From the NCBI GenBank assembly GCA_020849895.1, contig JADZFN010000034.1, positions 7,942 through 71,941 on the forward strand: a stretch of 64,000 bases of DNA, given 5' to 3'. Each line of letters opens with the position of its first letter. The stretch's first letter is position 1. Below are positions 8,938 through 18,680 of the stretch, piece after piece. A program made the translations under genes and the position numbers. Below the pieces are notes generated by a model. The model was not told the origin of the DNA and searched no databases. It saw only the letters and a list, made by a program, of their open reading frames with translations. This stretch comes from Verrucomicrobiia bacterium (GTDB taxonomy: Bacteria > Verrucomicrobiota > Verrucomicrobiia > JABWAM01).

Positions 8938-10302
8938 TCAGATCCTCCCCCGCATCCTGCCCTTCTTGAGGAAGCCTTCGTAGTTCCGGGTCAGCAGATG
9001 CGTCTCGATCTGGCGCAGGGTGTCGAGCAGGACGCCCACGATGATCAGCAGGCTCGTGCCTCCGAAAAAGCTGGCGGTGAGATAGGGGATGCTCAGCCAA
9101 TCGCCGAGCGAGATGGGGATCACCGCGACGATGGTGAGGAAGACGGCGCCAGCGAACGTGATCCGAGTCATCGTGAAATCGAGGAAGTGCGCAGTTGGTT
9201 TCCCGGGACGCACGCCTGGGACGTAACCTCCGTGCTTCTTGAGGTCGTCGGCGATCTGAATCGGGTTGAAGACCGTGGCGACCCAGAAATAGCTGAAGAA
9301 AAAGATGAGGATCGAATAGACGGTGAGATAGACGCGATGCCCCTCAACCAGCCAGCTCGCGATGCGCTGGAGCCACTCGACGCGCACAAAGCCGAAGATC
9401 GTCTGGGGGAACATCAGGATGGCCTGTGCGAAAATGATCGGCATGACGCCCGAATAGTTCACGCGGAGCGGCATGTAGGTCTGCCCTCCGCCGTACATCT
9501 TCCGCCCCACCATCCGCTGCGCGTATTGCACAGTGACCTTTCGTTGGGCCTGAGTGACCACGATCACGGCGGCGATCACGCCGAAGAACATCCCGATGAA
9601 GAGGAGGGCGTGGACGATGTTGTACTGCTGCGGCACACCGGGAGGCGGGAAGAACATCTGGTAGGCGAGGCCCACCGCCGCGGGGAATTTCGCGAGGATG
9701 TTGATGGCGATCAGGAGGGAGATGCCGTTGCCGATGCCTCGCTCGGTGATCTGTTCACCCAGCCACATCATGAAGACCGTGCCCGCCGTAAGCGTGATCA
9801 CCGTGGTGATCTCGAACCCGAAGCCCGGGTTGAGGACGAGGCTCGCGTCCGCCGGCAACCCGCGGAACATCGGAAGGCTCTGCGGGTTCTGGAACGTCCG
9901 CGCGAACATCAGGCTCTGGAAAAGTCCGATGATGATGGTGACGTAACGCGTGTACTGCGTGATCTTCTGCCGGCCTCCTTCTTCGCGGGAAATCTTCTGG
10001 AGTTGCGGGACCACCGCCGTGAGGAGTTGGAAAATGATCGAGGCGCTGATATACGGCATGATCGTCAGCGAGAAGATGGCGAGATGCTCCAGGGCGCCGC
10101 CGCTGAAGATGTTCATCAACGCAAGCAGGCTGCCGCCCTGGCTCTGCTGCTGCGTATGGAAAAACTCCGCCAGGACGTTCGCATCCACCCCGGGGACCGG
10201 AATGGCGGCCCCGAACCGCGTGATGACAACAATGCCGAGCGTGAAGATGATCCGCTTCTTCAGCTCGGGAATTTTGAAGGCGTTGGCGAAAGCCGAAATC
10301 AT
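8938..10302 (-). CDS. secY: preprotein translocase subunit SecY
   Basis: Track ORF 8938..10404 trimmed to ATG 10302 (MISAFANAFKIPELKKRIIFTLG...). Polytopic membrane protein in the position between rplO and adk. Confidence 0.95.
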   Translation of the reverse strand: MISAFANAFKIPELKKRIIFTLGIVVITRFGAAIPVPGVDANVLAEFFHTQQQSQGGSLLALMNIFSGGALEHLAIFSLTIMPYISASIIFQLLTAVVPQLQKISREEGGRQKITQYTRYVTIIIGLFQSLMFARTFQNPQSLPMFRGLPADASLVLNPGFGFEITTVITLTAGTVFMMWLGEQITERGIGNGISLLIAINILAKFPAAVGLAYQMFFPPPGVPQQYNIVHALLFIGMFFGVIAAVIVVTQAQRKVTVQYAQRMVGRKMYGGGQTYMPLRVNYSGVMPIIFAQAILMFPQTIFGFVRVEWLQRIASWLVEGHRVYLTVYSILIFFFSYFWVATVFNPIQIADDLKKHGGYVPGVRPGKPTAHFLDFTMTRITFAGAVFLTIVAVIPISLGDWLSIPYLTASFFGGTSLLIIVGVLLDTLRQIETHLLTRNYEGFLKKGRMRGRI

Positions 10303-10363
10303 GCGCTGCGTTTCCCGCGGGTGAAAGGTTCGTCGCGGAGGCCATCCCGCGCGGGTTTTTCCG

Positions 10364-10825
10364 TCAGGCGCCCTTCGCCGGTTCGGGCACCTCGGCCTTG
10401 CCACCGGCAGCTTCGATCTTTTTCCGGGCGGACTCGCTGAACAGCGCCGCGCGCACCGTAAGCTTCCGGCCGAACCCGCCCGAGCCGAGAATCTTGATTG
10501 CGTCGAAGCGCCCCCGAATCAGGCCGCGATCGGCCAGGGCCTTGGCATCCACCACGGCGCCCTCGGGAAAGGCCTCGAGATCCCTGAGGTTCACGACGGC
10601 GACCTTCCGCTTGAAGCGCGCGTTATTGAAACCTCGCTTCGGAAGGCGGCGATAGAGAGGAGTCTGGCCGCCTTCAAACCCGTGACGGATGGAACTTCCG
10701 GAGCGCGCGGTCTGCCCCTTGCCGCCGCGTCCGCTGGTTTTCCCATGGCCGGAGCTCCTGCCGCGGCCGTAGCGCTTCGTACGGTGTTTCGCGCCGGGCA
10801 CCGGCTGAATATTGTGAAGTCTCAT
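10364..10825 (-). CDS. rplO: 50S ribosomal protein L15
   Basis: Starts MRLHNIQPVPGAKHRTKRYGRGRSSGHGKTSGRGGKGQ... Confidence 0.95.
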   Translation of the reverse strand: MRLHNIQPVPGAKHRTKRYGRGRSSGHGKTSGRGGKGQTARSGSSIRHGFEGGQTPLYRRLPKRGFNNARFKRKVAVVNLRDLEAFPEGAVVDAKALADRGLIRGRFDAIKILGSGGFGRKLTVRAALFSESARKKIEAAGGKAEVPEPAKGA

Positions 10826-10846
10826 AGGGCAATTCCCGTCAAAGGA

Positions 10847-11446
10847 TCAGACGTTCTCTCGCGCGGCAACCGCGACGCCCCGGCGCTGCATGATCGCCTC
10901 GCGGAGGCGCAACTGCCCCAGGCCCTGGAGCGTGGCCTTCACCACGTTGGCCATGTTGGCGGAGCCGAGAGACTTGCTGAGGATGTCGCGGATTCCCGCC
11001 GCCTCCACCACGGCGCGGACGCCGCCGCCTGCGATCAGACCGGTGCCGGGGCTTGCCGGCTTGAGCATCACACGACCGCCTCCGAAATTGCCTTCCACCT
11101 CGTGCGGGATGGTGTTCTCCCGGAGGTTCACGCGGACCATGCTGTGGCGCGCGATCTCGGTGCCCTTGCGGATAGCATCAGCCACCTCGTTCGCCTTGCC
11201 AAAGCCGTAACCTACCTGGCCTTTGCGGTCGCCGACCACGATGAGCGCGCTGAAGCTGAAGCGGCGACCGCCCTTGACCACCTTGGCGCAGCGGTTCACA
11301 TAGACCACCTTTTCGAGCAGGTCGCTCTCCGTTGCGCCTCCGGAAGATGCGTTCGTTCTTTGGGACCGTCTCACAGGGCGGCGGCGCTCTGCTGCGGCAG
11401 GCGGCGGCGCTGATGGCGGAACGTTCGGGGTGTCGTTGCTGGCCAC
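10847..11446 (-). CDS. rpsE: 30S ribosomal protein S5
   Basis: GTG start preceded by AAGGAGG. Contains [24 protein letters not shown]... and a ~35-aa N-terminal extension. Confidence 0.93.
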   Translation of the reverse strand: MASNDTPNVPPSAPPPAAAERRRPVRRSQRTNASSGGATESDLLEKVVYVNRCAKVVKGGRRFSFSALIVVGDRKGQVGYGFGKANEVADAIRKGTEIARHSMVRVNLRENTIPHEVEGNFGGGRVMLKPASPGTGLIAGGGVRAVVEAAGIRDILSKSLGSANMANVVKATLQGLGQLRLREAIMQRRGVAVAARENV

Positions 11447-11460
11447 GTTTCGAATCCTCC

Positions 11461-11829
11461 TTAAAAAGCGAGCCCGGCTTCGCGCGCCGCGTCGGCCAGC
11501 GCCTTGACCTTGCCGTGATACTTGGAACCGGAGCGGTCGAACACGACGGCCTTGATCCCTTTTTGTTTTGCGCGCTCGGCGGCCAGTTGTCCAACCTTGC
11601 CCGCGTGCGCCACGTTCGAAAAGGCCTTTCCTCGGCTCCCCGAACGGACGTCCGATTCCTCAGTGGAGACCGCCGCCAAGGTCACGCCCTTCACGTCGTC
11701 AATGAACTGCACGTGAATGTTGCGTCCGGTAAAACGGACACTCATGCGCGGCCGATCAGCGGTGCCGGTCACCCGGTGACGGATGCGCCAGCAGCGCCGC
11801 TCACGAAGCTCTTGTTTGCTCAAAGCCAT
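11461..11829 (-). CDS. rplR: 50S ribosomal protein L18
   Basis: Starts [20 protein letters not shown]..., ends ...[17 protein letters not shown]. Confidence 0.95.
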   Translation of the reverse strand: MALSKQELRERRCWRIRHRVTGTADRPRMSVRFTGRNIHVQFIDDVKGVTLAAVSTEESDVRSGSRGKAFSNVAHAGKVGQLAAERAKQKGIKAVVFDRSGSKYHGKVKALADAAREAGLAF

Positions 11830-11863
11830 GGGGTCTCCTCAATCTTGCGTCGAATGCGGCCCG

Positions 11864-12400
11864 CTATTGGACCGTTTTGCCCTCCTTGCGGCGGATCTTT
11901 TCTCCCGCGTAGCGCACACCCTTCCCCTTGTAAGGTTCGGGTGGATAGAAGCGGCGAATCGAGGCAGCGACCTCGCCCACCTGCTGCTTGTCGCAGCCGT
12001 CCACGATGATCTTGGTATTCTCTTCAACGCTGATCTTGATGCCCTCAGGAATGGGAAAAAGGATCGGATGCGAGAACCCAAGGTTCAAGTTCAGGTTCTT
12101 GCCCTGTACCGCCGCTTTGAATCCGACCCCTTCGATCTCGAGCTGCTTGCGGTAGCCTTGCGTCACACCCAGGACCATGTTCCGGATCAGGCTTCGCGCG
12201 AGGCCGTGCATCGCGCGCGCCGCGCGTTCCTCGGACGTGGCGCGGACGGCGAGCTTCTGTCCGTCCACGACGGCGTCCACCGCGCGAGGCAGCTCCAGGG
12301 AAAGTTTCCCCTTAGGCCCCTCGACCTTCACGGTGCGGCCGTTCACGGAGGCCTTCACCTGGGCGGGGATTTCAACAGGTTTTTTACCTATGCGGGACAT
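11864..12400 (-). CDS. rplF: 50S ribosomal protein L6
   Basis: Starts MSRIGKKPVEIPAQVKASVNGRTVKVEGPKGKL... Confidence 0.95.
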   Translation of the reverse strand: MSRIGKKPVEIPAQVKASVNGRTVKVEGPKGKLSLELPRAVDAVVDGQKLAVRATSEERAARAMHGLARSLIRNMVLGVTQGYRKQLEIEGVGFKAAVQGKNLNLNLGFSHPILFPIPEGIKISVEENTKIIVDGCDKQQVGEVAASIRRFYPPEPYKGKGVRYAGEKIRRKEGKTVQ

Positions 12401-12455
12401 GGTTTCGAAAGGCGTTGAGAGTAAGAAGAGGAGAGTCCGGACGAAAACCTCGCGG

Positions 12456-12851
12456 TCACCATACGTGGCAGAGCACCTCGCCGCCGACGTTTTTCTTGCG
12501 GGCCTCCTGGCCCGTCATCACGCCGCTCGAGGTGGAGAGGATGCAGATCCCCATCCCTCCGAGCACGCGCGGGACGTCGCGAGCTCCGACGTAGCGGCGC
12601 AGGCCCGGCGTGCTGATGCGCCGCAGGCCGACGATCCCACCGCCCTCGGCGTCGCCCTTGAGTCCAACTTTGATGCGCGTCTTTCCACCGTCCTTCACCA
12701 CCGCGCAGTCGGCGATATAGCCCTCGCGCTTGAGGATTCGCGCGAGGTCGCTCTTGAGCTTCGAATGGGGAATCTCCACGGAGGTCAGACCGCGCATGCG
12801 GGCGTTCCGCAGGCGGGTCAACATGTCGGCAATCGGATCGGTGACGCTCAT
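12456..12851 (-). CDS. rpsH: 30S ribosomal protein S8
   Basis: Starts [21 protein letters not shown]... Confidence 0.95.
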   Translation of the reverse strand: MSVTDPIADMLTRLRNARMRGLTSVEIPHSKLKSDLARILKREGYIADCAVVKDGGKTRIKVGLKGDAEGGGIVGLRRISTPGLRRYVGARDVPRVLGGMGICILSTSSGVMTGQEARKKNVGGEVLCHVW

Positions 12852-12864
12852 CAGGGGATTTCGG

Positions 12865-13050
12865 TTACCAGCTGGCCTTGGTGACGCCGGGGATCAGCCC
12901 CTGGGTGGCGCGCTCCCGGAAACAGAGGCGGCACATGTCGAAGCGACGCATATACGCCCGCGCCCGGCCGCAGACCCGACAACGGTGATATCGCCGCGCC
13001 GAATATTTCGGTGCGCGCTTCTGTTTTTCCATGAGGCAGGTTTTGGCCAT
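12865..13050 (-). CDS. rpsN: 30S ribosomal protein S14, short zinc-binding (type Z) form
   Basis: 61 aa, with [23 protein letters not shown] (CxxC..CxxC). Confidence 0.93.
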   Translation of the reverse strand: MAKTCLMEKQKRAPKYSARRYHRCRVCGRARAYMRRFDMCRLCFRERATQGLIPGVTKASW

Positions 13051-13053
13051 GGC

Positions 13054-13602
13054 TCAGTGCTTTCGTTCGTGTGAAAAAGGCAGCCCCAACAGGCGGAGCA
13101 GCTCCCGCGTCTCGGCGGGGGTCCGGGCCGACGTCACGAAGGTGATGTCCATCCCGAGCCTGCGCTTCACCTTGTCGAGCTCGATCTCGGGGAAAATGGA
13201 TTGATCATCCACACCCAAGGTGTAGCTCCCGCGCCCGTCGAAGCTCCGGTTCGGCGTGCCGCGGAAATCGCGCACCCGGGGGAGCGCGGCGTTGAAGAAG
13301 CGCTCCATGAATTCGTACATGCGCGCGCCGCGGAGGGTCACCTTGCAGCCGATCTCCTGGCCTTTACGCAGCTTGAAGTTGGAGATGCTCTTGCGGGCCT
13401 TGGTGACGATCGGCTTCTGGCCGGTGATCAACCCGATTTCCTTCACGGCTTCGTCGAGCGCCTGCTTGTCCGCGGCGGAGCCGAAGCTCGTGTTCAGGAC
13501 GATCTTGAGGACGCGCGGCACCTGCATGGGGTTGCGATACTTTCTGTCCGCCATCAACTGCGGGACCGCCTGCTCGCGATAAAATTTCTTCAGTTCGCTC
13601 AT
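13054..13602 (-). CDS. rplE: 50S ribosomal protein L5
   Basis: Starts MSELKKFYREQAVPQLMADRKYRNPMQVPRVLKIVLN... Confidence 0.95.
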   Translation of the reverse strand: MSELKKFYREQAVPQLMADRKYRNPMQVPRVLKIVLNTSFGSAADKQALDEAVKEIGLITGQKPIVTKARKSISNFKLRKGQEIGCKVTLRGARMYEFMERFFNAALPRVRDFRGTPNRSFDGRGSYTLGVDDQSIFPEIELDKVKRRLGMDITFVTSARTPAETRELLRLLGLPFSHERKH

Positions 13603-13614
13603 CGGTCGTCCGGA

Positions 13615-13878
13615 TTACTTCTTTCCGCCTTTGGCCGCGCGGCGACGATCGTACTCGGCCGCTTCCATGACGTTCGAGATATGGATCGGCGCCTCGCGTT
13701 CGATGAAACCTCCCTGCGGACGGTCCTGAGTCTTGCGCGCCGCCTTCTTCATCATCCGAACGCCCTCGACGATCACCCGTTCTGCCTTCGGATCCACGGA
13801 GAGCACCTTGCCGCGCTTCCCGCGGTCGTTCCCGCCGAGCACCACCACGAGGTCGTTCTTTTTGACACGCGCCTTCAT
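13615..13878 (-). CDS. rplX: 50S ribosomal protein L24
   Basis: Starts [28 protein letters not shown]..., a KOW motif. Its start overlaps the rplN stop by 1 nt (TGATG). Confidence 0.93.
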   Translation of the reverse strand: MKARVKKNDLVVVLGGNDRGKRGKVLSVDPKAERVIVEGVRMMKKAARKTQDRPQGGFIEREAPIHISNVMEAAEYDRRRAAKGGKK

Positions 13879-14243
13879 CAGAGCACCTCCGGCGCGAGCG
13901 ACAGGATTTTCATGAAATTCTTCTCGCGCAGTTCCCGTGCCACGGGGCCGAAGATGCGCGTGCCCACGGGGTTCATGTCCTTGTCAATGATCACGATCGC
14001 GTTGCGGTCGAACCGCAGCACGGAGCCGTCCTTGCGCCGGATCGGCTGGCGGGTGCGCACCACCACCGCGTTGACCACGGCGCCCTTTTTCACCGTGCCG
14101 TCGGCGTCCGCCTCTTTCACGTTGGCCTTGATCACGTCGCCGATGCGGGCAAAGAGGGTCGCACGGCCGAGCACGCCGATCATGGACGCCCGGCGGGCAC
14201 CCGTGTTATCGGCGACATCGAGGATGGAACGGACCTGGAGCAT
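13878..14243 (-). CDS. rplN: 50S ribosomal protein L14
   Basis: Starts [26 protein letters not shown]... Confidence 0.95.
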   Translation of the reverse strand: MLQVRSILDVADNTGARRASMIGVLGRATLFARIGDVIKANVKEADADGTVKKGAVVNAVVVRTRQPIRRKDGSVLRFDRNAIVIIDKDMNPVGTRIFGPVARELREKNFMKILSLAPEVL

Positions 14244-14267
14244 GGAAAGCTTCGCGTCGCGGGCGCA

Positions 14268-14591
14268 TCAGGCCGACGCCGCCGCCTCCTCAACGGCATT
14301 TTTGATCTCGGGCCCAGGCGCCTCGGCACGCTCGAGAATCTCCACAAGCCGCCACCTCTTGAGGCGGCTGAGCGGACGGGTTTCCATGATGCGCACGCGG
14401 TCGCCGACCTTCGCCTCGTTCTTCTCGTCGTGAGTGTGGAAGCGCGTAGAGCGCGTCACCACCTTCTCGTAGATGGCATGGCGAACGCGGCGGTCCACGC
14501 ACACCACGATGGTCTTGTCCATCTTGTCGGAAACTACGCGGCCGATGCGCTCCTTGCGCGCGCCGCGGTGCGGTTGATCGGGGGAAGTCAT
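14268..14591 (-). CDS. rpsQ: 30S ribosomal protein S17
   Basis: Track ORF 14268..14942 trimmed to ATG 14591 ([30 protein letters not shown]...). Has a ~20-aa C-terminal extension. Confidence 0.9.
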   Translation of the reverse strand: MTSPDQPHRGARKERIGRVVSDKMDKTIVVCVDRRVRHAIYEKVVTRSTRFHTHDEKNEAKVGDRVRIMETRPLSRLKRWRLVEILERAEAPGPEIKNAVEEAAASA

Positions 14592-14800
14592 GGCTGGGAG
14601 GGAGTCGCCTTCCGCCTCAGCTCCGTGAGCAGAGTCTCCACGCGGGCGATGTCCTTGCGGATGAGGCGGAGGCGGCTGGGTTGATCGAGTTGACCGGCGG
14701 CCTGTCGCATCCGCAGGTTGAAAAGCTCCTGACGCAAATCGCGCCCTTTGGCGTCGAGCTCGGTCGGTGTGAGGGCGCGCAGTTCGGAAATTTTCATCAT
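14588..14800 (-). CDS. rpmC: 50S ribosomal protein L29
   Basis: Track ORF 14588..15103 trimmed to ATG 14800 ([34 protein letters not shown]...). Its start overlaps the rplP stop. Confidence 0.9.
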   Translation of the reverse strand: MMKISELRALTPTELDAKGRDLRQELFNLRMRQAAGQLDQPSRLRLIRKDIARVETLLTELRRKATPSQP

Positions 14801-15225
14801 GCCATCCCTCCTCCGATATGGCGCCGGATAAAACGGGTGCGAATCGGGAGCTTCGCCGCGGCGAGCGCGAGCGATTCCCGCGCGAGGTTTTCCGGAATGC
14901 CGTCCAGCTCGAACAGCACGTTGCCCGGGCGCACCACGGCAACCCAAGTCTCGGGCGCCCCCTTCCCCTTCCCCATGCGTGTCTCGATCGGCTTCTTGGA
15001 GACGGACTTGTCCGGAAAGACGCGGATCCAGACCTTGCCCTTGCGTTTCATGTTCCGGGTGAGAGCGACGCGCGCCGCCTCGATCTGTGTCGTCGTCAGC
15101 CACGCGCGGGCCAGCGTCTGCAGGCCGTAGGACCCGAAGTCAATGCGCACCGCGCGGCTGGCCGTGCCGGCGCGACTTCCGCGCTGCATGCGGCGATACT
15201 TCACTCTGGCGGGCATCAAAGGCAT
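14797..15225 (-). CDS. rplP: 50S ribosomal protein L16
   Basis: Starts [22 protein letters not shown]... Confidence 0.95.
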   Translation of the reverse strand: MPLMPARVKYRRMQRGSRAGTASRAVRIDFGSYGLQTLARAWLTTTQIEAARVALTRNMKRKGKVWIRVFPDKSVSKKPIETRMGKGKGAPETWVAVVRPGNVLFELDGIPENLARESLALAAAKLPIRTRFIRRHIGGGMA

Positions 15226-15275
15226 GGGGAATCAATAAAAAGCAGAAAAGGAGAAGGGAGAAGTTGAGAGGGGCG

Positions 15276-15926
15276 TCAGGCGGCCTTTTTCAGCGACGGA
15301 CGCTTGTCGCCTTTGTAGATCCAAACCTTCACCCCGATCTTTCCGTAGACGGTGAAGGCCTCGGCAAAACCGTAGTCAATGTCAGCCCGAAGCGTCTGCA
15401 GGGGGACCTTGCCCTCGTGGTAACGCTCCATGCGTGCCAGCTCGGCGCCGCCGAGGCGCCCCGAACATTGGATCTTGATCCCTTCGACACCCAGGTTGCG
15501 CGCGGTCTGAATGGCTTTCTTCATCGCGCGGCGGAACGAGATGCGGCGCTCCATCTGGAGGGCCACGTTCTCCGCCACGAGCTGGGCATTCGTTTCCGGC
15601 TGAGTCACCTCCTGGATTTCCACCCACACCTCGCGCAATGACGTGAGGCGGCCGATCTCCTCCTTAAGCTTGTCGTGCTCGGCGCCTTTGCGCCCGATGA
15701 CGATCCCCGGCCGCGCCGTATGCACGGTGACGCGGATGCGCTGAGCGGCGCGCTCGATGTCAATGCGCGGCACGGCGGCCTGCTCCAGCTTCTTGTGCAA
15801 GAACTCGCGGATCGCGAGATCTTCATGCAGGAATTTTCTGAAGTCGCGGCCGGGCGCGTACCAACGCGACCGCCAGTCTTTCGACAGCGCGAGGCGAAGC
15901 CCGATAGGATGGCATTTTTGACCCAT
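15276..15926 (-). CDS. rpsC: 30S ribosomal protein S3
   Basis: Starts [24 protein letters not shown]... Confidence 0.95.
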   Translation of the reverse strand: MGQKCHPIGLRLALSKDWRSRWYAPGRDFRKFLHEDLAIREFLHKKLEQAAVPRIDIERAAQRIRVTVHTARPGIVIGRKGAEHDKLKEEIGRLTSLREVWVEIQEVTQPETNAQLVAENVALQMERRISFRRAMKKAIQTARNLGVEGIKIQCSGRLGGAELARMERYHEGKVPLQTLRADIDYGFAEAFTVYGKIGVKVWIYKGDKRPSLKKAA

Positions 15927-15948
15927 GATTCGAGTTGGGGAAAGTCCT

Positions 15949-16296
15949 TTAATTTACACGCTTCGCTTCATCGCTCAACACAATTTTTATATGACTGGTC
16001 CGCTTGCGGATTTGCGACCCCGATCCGCGCGCGCGCGCGGTGTAGCGCTTGAGAGTCGGTCCCGTGCCGGCGATGGCCTCGACGACGCGCAGCGATCCGC
16101 GCGAGAGGTTGGCGTTTGTCTCGGCATTGGCGACGGCCGAACGCAATGTCTTTCCGACCATCCGTGCGGCCTTCCGAGGAATGGAATCCACCACCGTCAG
16201 GGCCCGCTCCACAGGCAGCCCCTGAATTTCCAGCGTGACCTCCCGCACCTTCCGGGGAGAAATCCGCGCATATCTCGTAATCGCCTGCACTTTCAT
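15949..16296 (-). CDS. rplV: 50S ribosomal protein L22
   Basis: Starts [20 protein letters not shown]... An unusually AT-rich 35-nt leader precedes the ATG. Confidence 0.95.
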   Translation of the reverse strand: MKVQAITRYARISPRKVREVTLEIQGLPVERALTVVDSIPRKAARMVGKTLRSAVANAETNANLSRGSLRVVEAIAGTGPTLKRYTARARGSGSQIRKRTSHIKIVLSDEAKRVN

Positions 16297-16331
16297 ATTT
16301 TTAAAATTTGGTTTGGTTTAACCGTCTCTGC

Positions 16332-17105
16332 TCAAAATCTGCTGAGGACCGCTGTTTCTCCGGCCCGGATGGGGCGGTCCGCGTCCATCCGTTCGATCAG
16401 CGCCAGCGAGGCGTGTTCCCTAGTCTCGGCGACCACCAATCTCGCCGTGACCTCCTTGCCGCGATTCACTTCCCAAAGCATCCCCACTCTCACCCCCTCG
16501 GCGCGCCCCGCACCGAGCGCTGCGACGCCGAGGTCCGCGCGAACCGCCGTCACCTTCGCCGAATGCGTCGCGCGCGAACCGTCGTCGAGCCAGGCGGCCC
16601 GATTCCGTTCTCTCCCTTCGCTCCACTGCCGCGCGGCGCGCAACTGCCCTTCGAGCGCAGCCCGCCGCGCCGGATCCACTTTTTGCGCCGTCTTCAGGGC
16701 CTTTTCGGAATCCAGCGTCAGCCGTCGCAAGCGGTCCTCGATTCGAGTGATCTCGGCTTCGGCGTCCCGGAGTTGGTGCAGCGCCTGAAGCAGGAGGGCG
16801 CGCCAGTCCGCCGACGATCGCGCCTCGGCGTCGTCTGCCGCGAGTCCGGAAAGGCCGTCCCGCAAAGCGGTTTCGAGACGGGCGAGGTGGTTGCTGGCCG
16901 TCGCCGTCTCGCGCGTCCGCACCGTCTCGGCGCGGCGCAGCTCCGCATTTTCGCGGCGTAACGCCTCGATCGCCACGCGAAGCTCCTGGGCTTCCGTGGC
17001 GCCCTGAGGCGCCGCCGCCTGCAAAGAACAAACCGTCAAAATTCCAAACCCCAGCGTGGCGACGACCTTTCGTCGCCCCTCCCGCTTCGCGGGCTGCCGT
17101 CGCAT
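16332..17105 (-). CDS. hypothetical secreted coiled-coil protein inserted between rpsS and rplV
   Basis: Starts with a basic n-region plus a hydrophobic segment, MRRQPAKREGRRKVVATLGFGILTVCSLQAAAP (signal-peptide-like). About 150 aa of heptad-like Arg/Glu/Ala/Leu-rich sequence follows, then a ~75-aa C-terminal Val/Gly-rich beta-like domain. GGGAGGA lies 5 nt upstream of the ATG. The ORF exactly fills an otherwise unexplained 826-nt gap in the S10 operon. Confidence 0.7.
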   Translation of the reverse strand: MRRQPAKREGRRKVVATLGFGILTVCSLQAAAPQGATEAQELRVAIEALRRENAELRRAETVRTRETATASNHLARLETALRDGLSGLAADDAEARSSADWRALLLQALHQLRDAEAEITRIEDRLRRLTLDSEKALKTAQKVDPARRAALEGQLRAARQWSEGRERNRAAWLDDGSRATHSAKVTAVRADLGVAALGAGRAEGVRVGMLWEVNRGKEVTARLVVAETREHASLALIERMDADRPIRAGETAVLSRF

Positions 17106-17121
17106 CTCTTCCTCCCACCCG

Positions 17122-17403
17122 CTACTTGGCCGCGGCCTTCTCCGTGTGCGCCCCGTGCTTCTTGAAGGTGCGTGTCGGCGAAAATTCTCCGAGCCGGTGT
17201 CCGACCATGTTTTCGGTCACGAAGACCGTGTTGAACACCTTCCCGTTGTGTACGAGGAAGGTGTGCCCCACAAACTCAGGCAGGACCATGGAGCGGCGCG
17301 ACCACGTCTTGATGGGCTTCTTCACTCCCGACGCGGCCATCTGAACCACCTTTTTCATCAGGTGATCGTCGGTAAAAGGGCCTTTTTTGAGGGATCTTCC
17401 CAT
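17122..17403 (-). CDS. rpsS: 30S ribosomal protein S19
   Basis: Starts [19 protein letters not shown]... Confidence 0.95.
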   Translation of the reverse strand: MGRSLKKGPFTDDHLMKKVVQMAASGVKKPIKTWSRRSMVLPEFVGHTFLVHNGKVFNTVFVTENMVGHRLGEFSPTRTFKKHGAHTEKAAAK

Positions 17404-17424
17404 ATCGTCGAATTCAGGTTGAGC

Positions 17425-18261
17425 TTAGCGTTTGCGGCGTTGGACGATGAAGCGGTCGGTGACCTTGTGCTTCTTGCGCGTCTTGAGTCCCTTGGCGATC
17501 TGTCCCCAAGGAGAAACCGGGTGGTGCCAGCCGCCGCCTCCCTTGCTCTTGCCCTGGCCGCCGCCCATCGGATGGTCAATGGGGTTCATCACCATCCCGC
17601 GGACGCGCGGACGCCAGCCGAGGTGGCGCGTTTTGCCGGCCTTGCCGTACGAAATCGTCTCGTGCTCCACATTCCCCACCTGTCCGATCGTCGCCGAACA
17701 GTTCAGGTGCACGCGGCGAATCTCACCCGACGGAAGCTTCACGTTGGCGTAGTCGCCCTCCTTGGCCATCAGCGTGGCCGCCATGCCGGCGCTGCGCACG
17801 AGCTGGCCGCCGCGTCCCGGCGTCAGCTCGATATTATGTATGGGCAGCCCCATCGGGATCGTGCGCAGGGGAAGGGAGTTGCCCACTTCGGGAGGCGCTT
17901 CGACGCCGCTGTGAATTTCGCGCCCCACCTCCAGCCCGAGCGGCGCCAGGATGTAGCGGAGTTCGCCATCCGCGTAGCGGAGCAACGCGATCCGCGCTGA
18001 ACGCGTCGGATCGTATTCGATGCTCTCCACCTTCGCGGCGACGCCGTGCTTGTCGCGTTTGAAATCCACAAGCCGGTAGCGCTGCTTGTGACCGCCGCCC
18101 CGGTGACGCATCGTCAGGCGTCCGTAGGCGTTTCTTCCGCCCTTTTTGCGCAGGGGTTCGGTCAGCTTCTTCTCCGGACGACTCCGGGTGATCTCCTCGA
18201 AACTCGGAGAGGTCTTGAAGCGGATGCTGGGGGTATACGGCCGGTAAGTCTTGATGGCCAT
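17425..18261 (-). CDS. rplB: 50S ribosomal protein L2
   Basis: Starts [25 protein letters not shown]..., later ...GGGEGKS-like [10 protein letters not shown]. Confidence 0.95.
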   Translation of the reverse strand: MAIKTYRPYTPSIRFKTSPSFEEITRSRPEKKLTEPLRKKGGRNAYGRLTMRHRGGGHKQRYRLVDFKRDKHGVAAKVESIEYDPTRSARIALLRYADGELRYILAPLGLEVGREIHSGVEAPPEVGNSLPLRTIPMGLPIHNIELTPGRGGQLVRSAGMAATLMAKEGDYANVKLPSGEIRRVHLNCSATIGQVGNVEHETISYGKAGKTRHLGWRPRVRGMVMNPIDHPMGGGQGKSKGGGGWHHPVSPWGQIAKGLKTRKKHKVTDRFIVQRRKR

Positions 18262-18392
18262 GGAGAAAAAGCGGGAGGAGGTGGAAGGACGGAAACTAGA
18301 AGTGGGGAGTGGGCAGATGAGGGCGAAAAGGGAAAAAGGCTGCGAGTGGGATGGAACGCTTCGGGTTTCTCACTTCTCGCCGTTCATGAAAA

Positions 18393-18680
18393 TCAGACGC
18401 CGAGATCAATCTTGTCCCCCTCTTTGAGGATGACCACCGCCTTCTTCCAGTCCGAAGTGCGGCCCGCTTGTTTCGTGCGTGCGCGGCGGAGCTTGCCGCC
18501 GCAGTTCATCGTGTTCACGCGCACGACCTTGACGTTGAAAATGCGCTCCACCGCCTGACGCACCTGAATCTTGTTCGCCTTCGGATCCACGGCGAAGACG
18601 TAGCCGTTGTGCTTTTCCTGGAGGGCAGACCCCTTCTCGGTCAGGCGCACGCGGCGGATAATGTCGTAGGGGGTTTTCAC
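18393..18680 (-). CDS. rplW: 50S ribosomal protein L23
   Basis: Track ORF 18393..18755 trimmed to GTG 18680, which overlaps the rplD stop (GTGA). Sequence reads (V)KTPYDIIRRVRLTEKGSALQEK... Confidence 0.88.
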   Translation of the reverse strand: MKTPYDIIRRVRLTEKGSALQEKHNGYVFAVDPKANKIQVRQAVERIFNVKVVRVNTMNCGGKLRRARTKQAGRTSDWKKAVVILKEGDKIDLGV

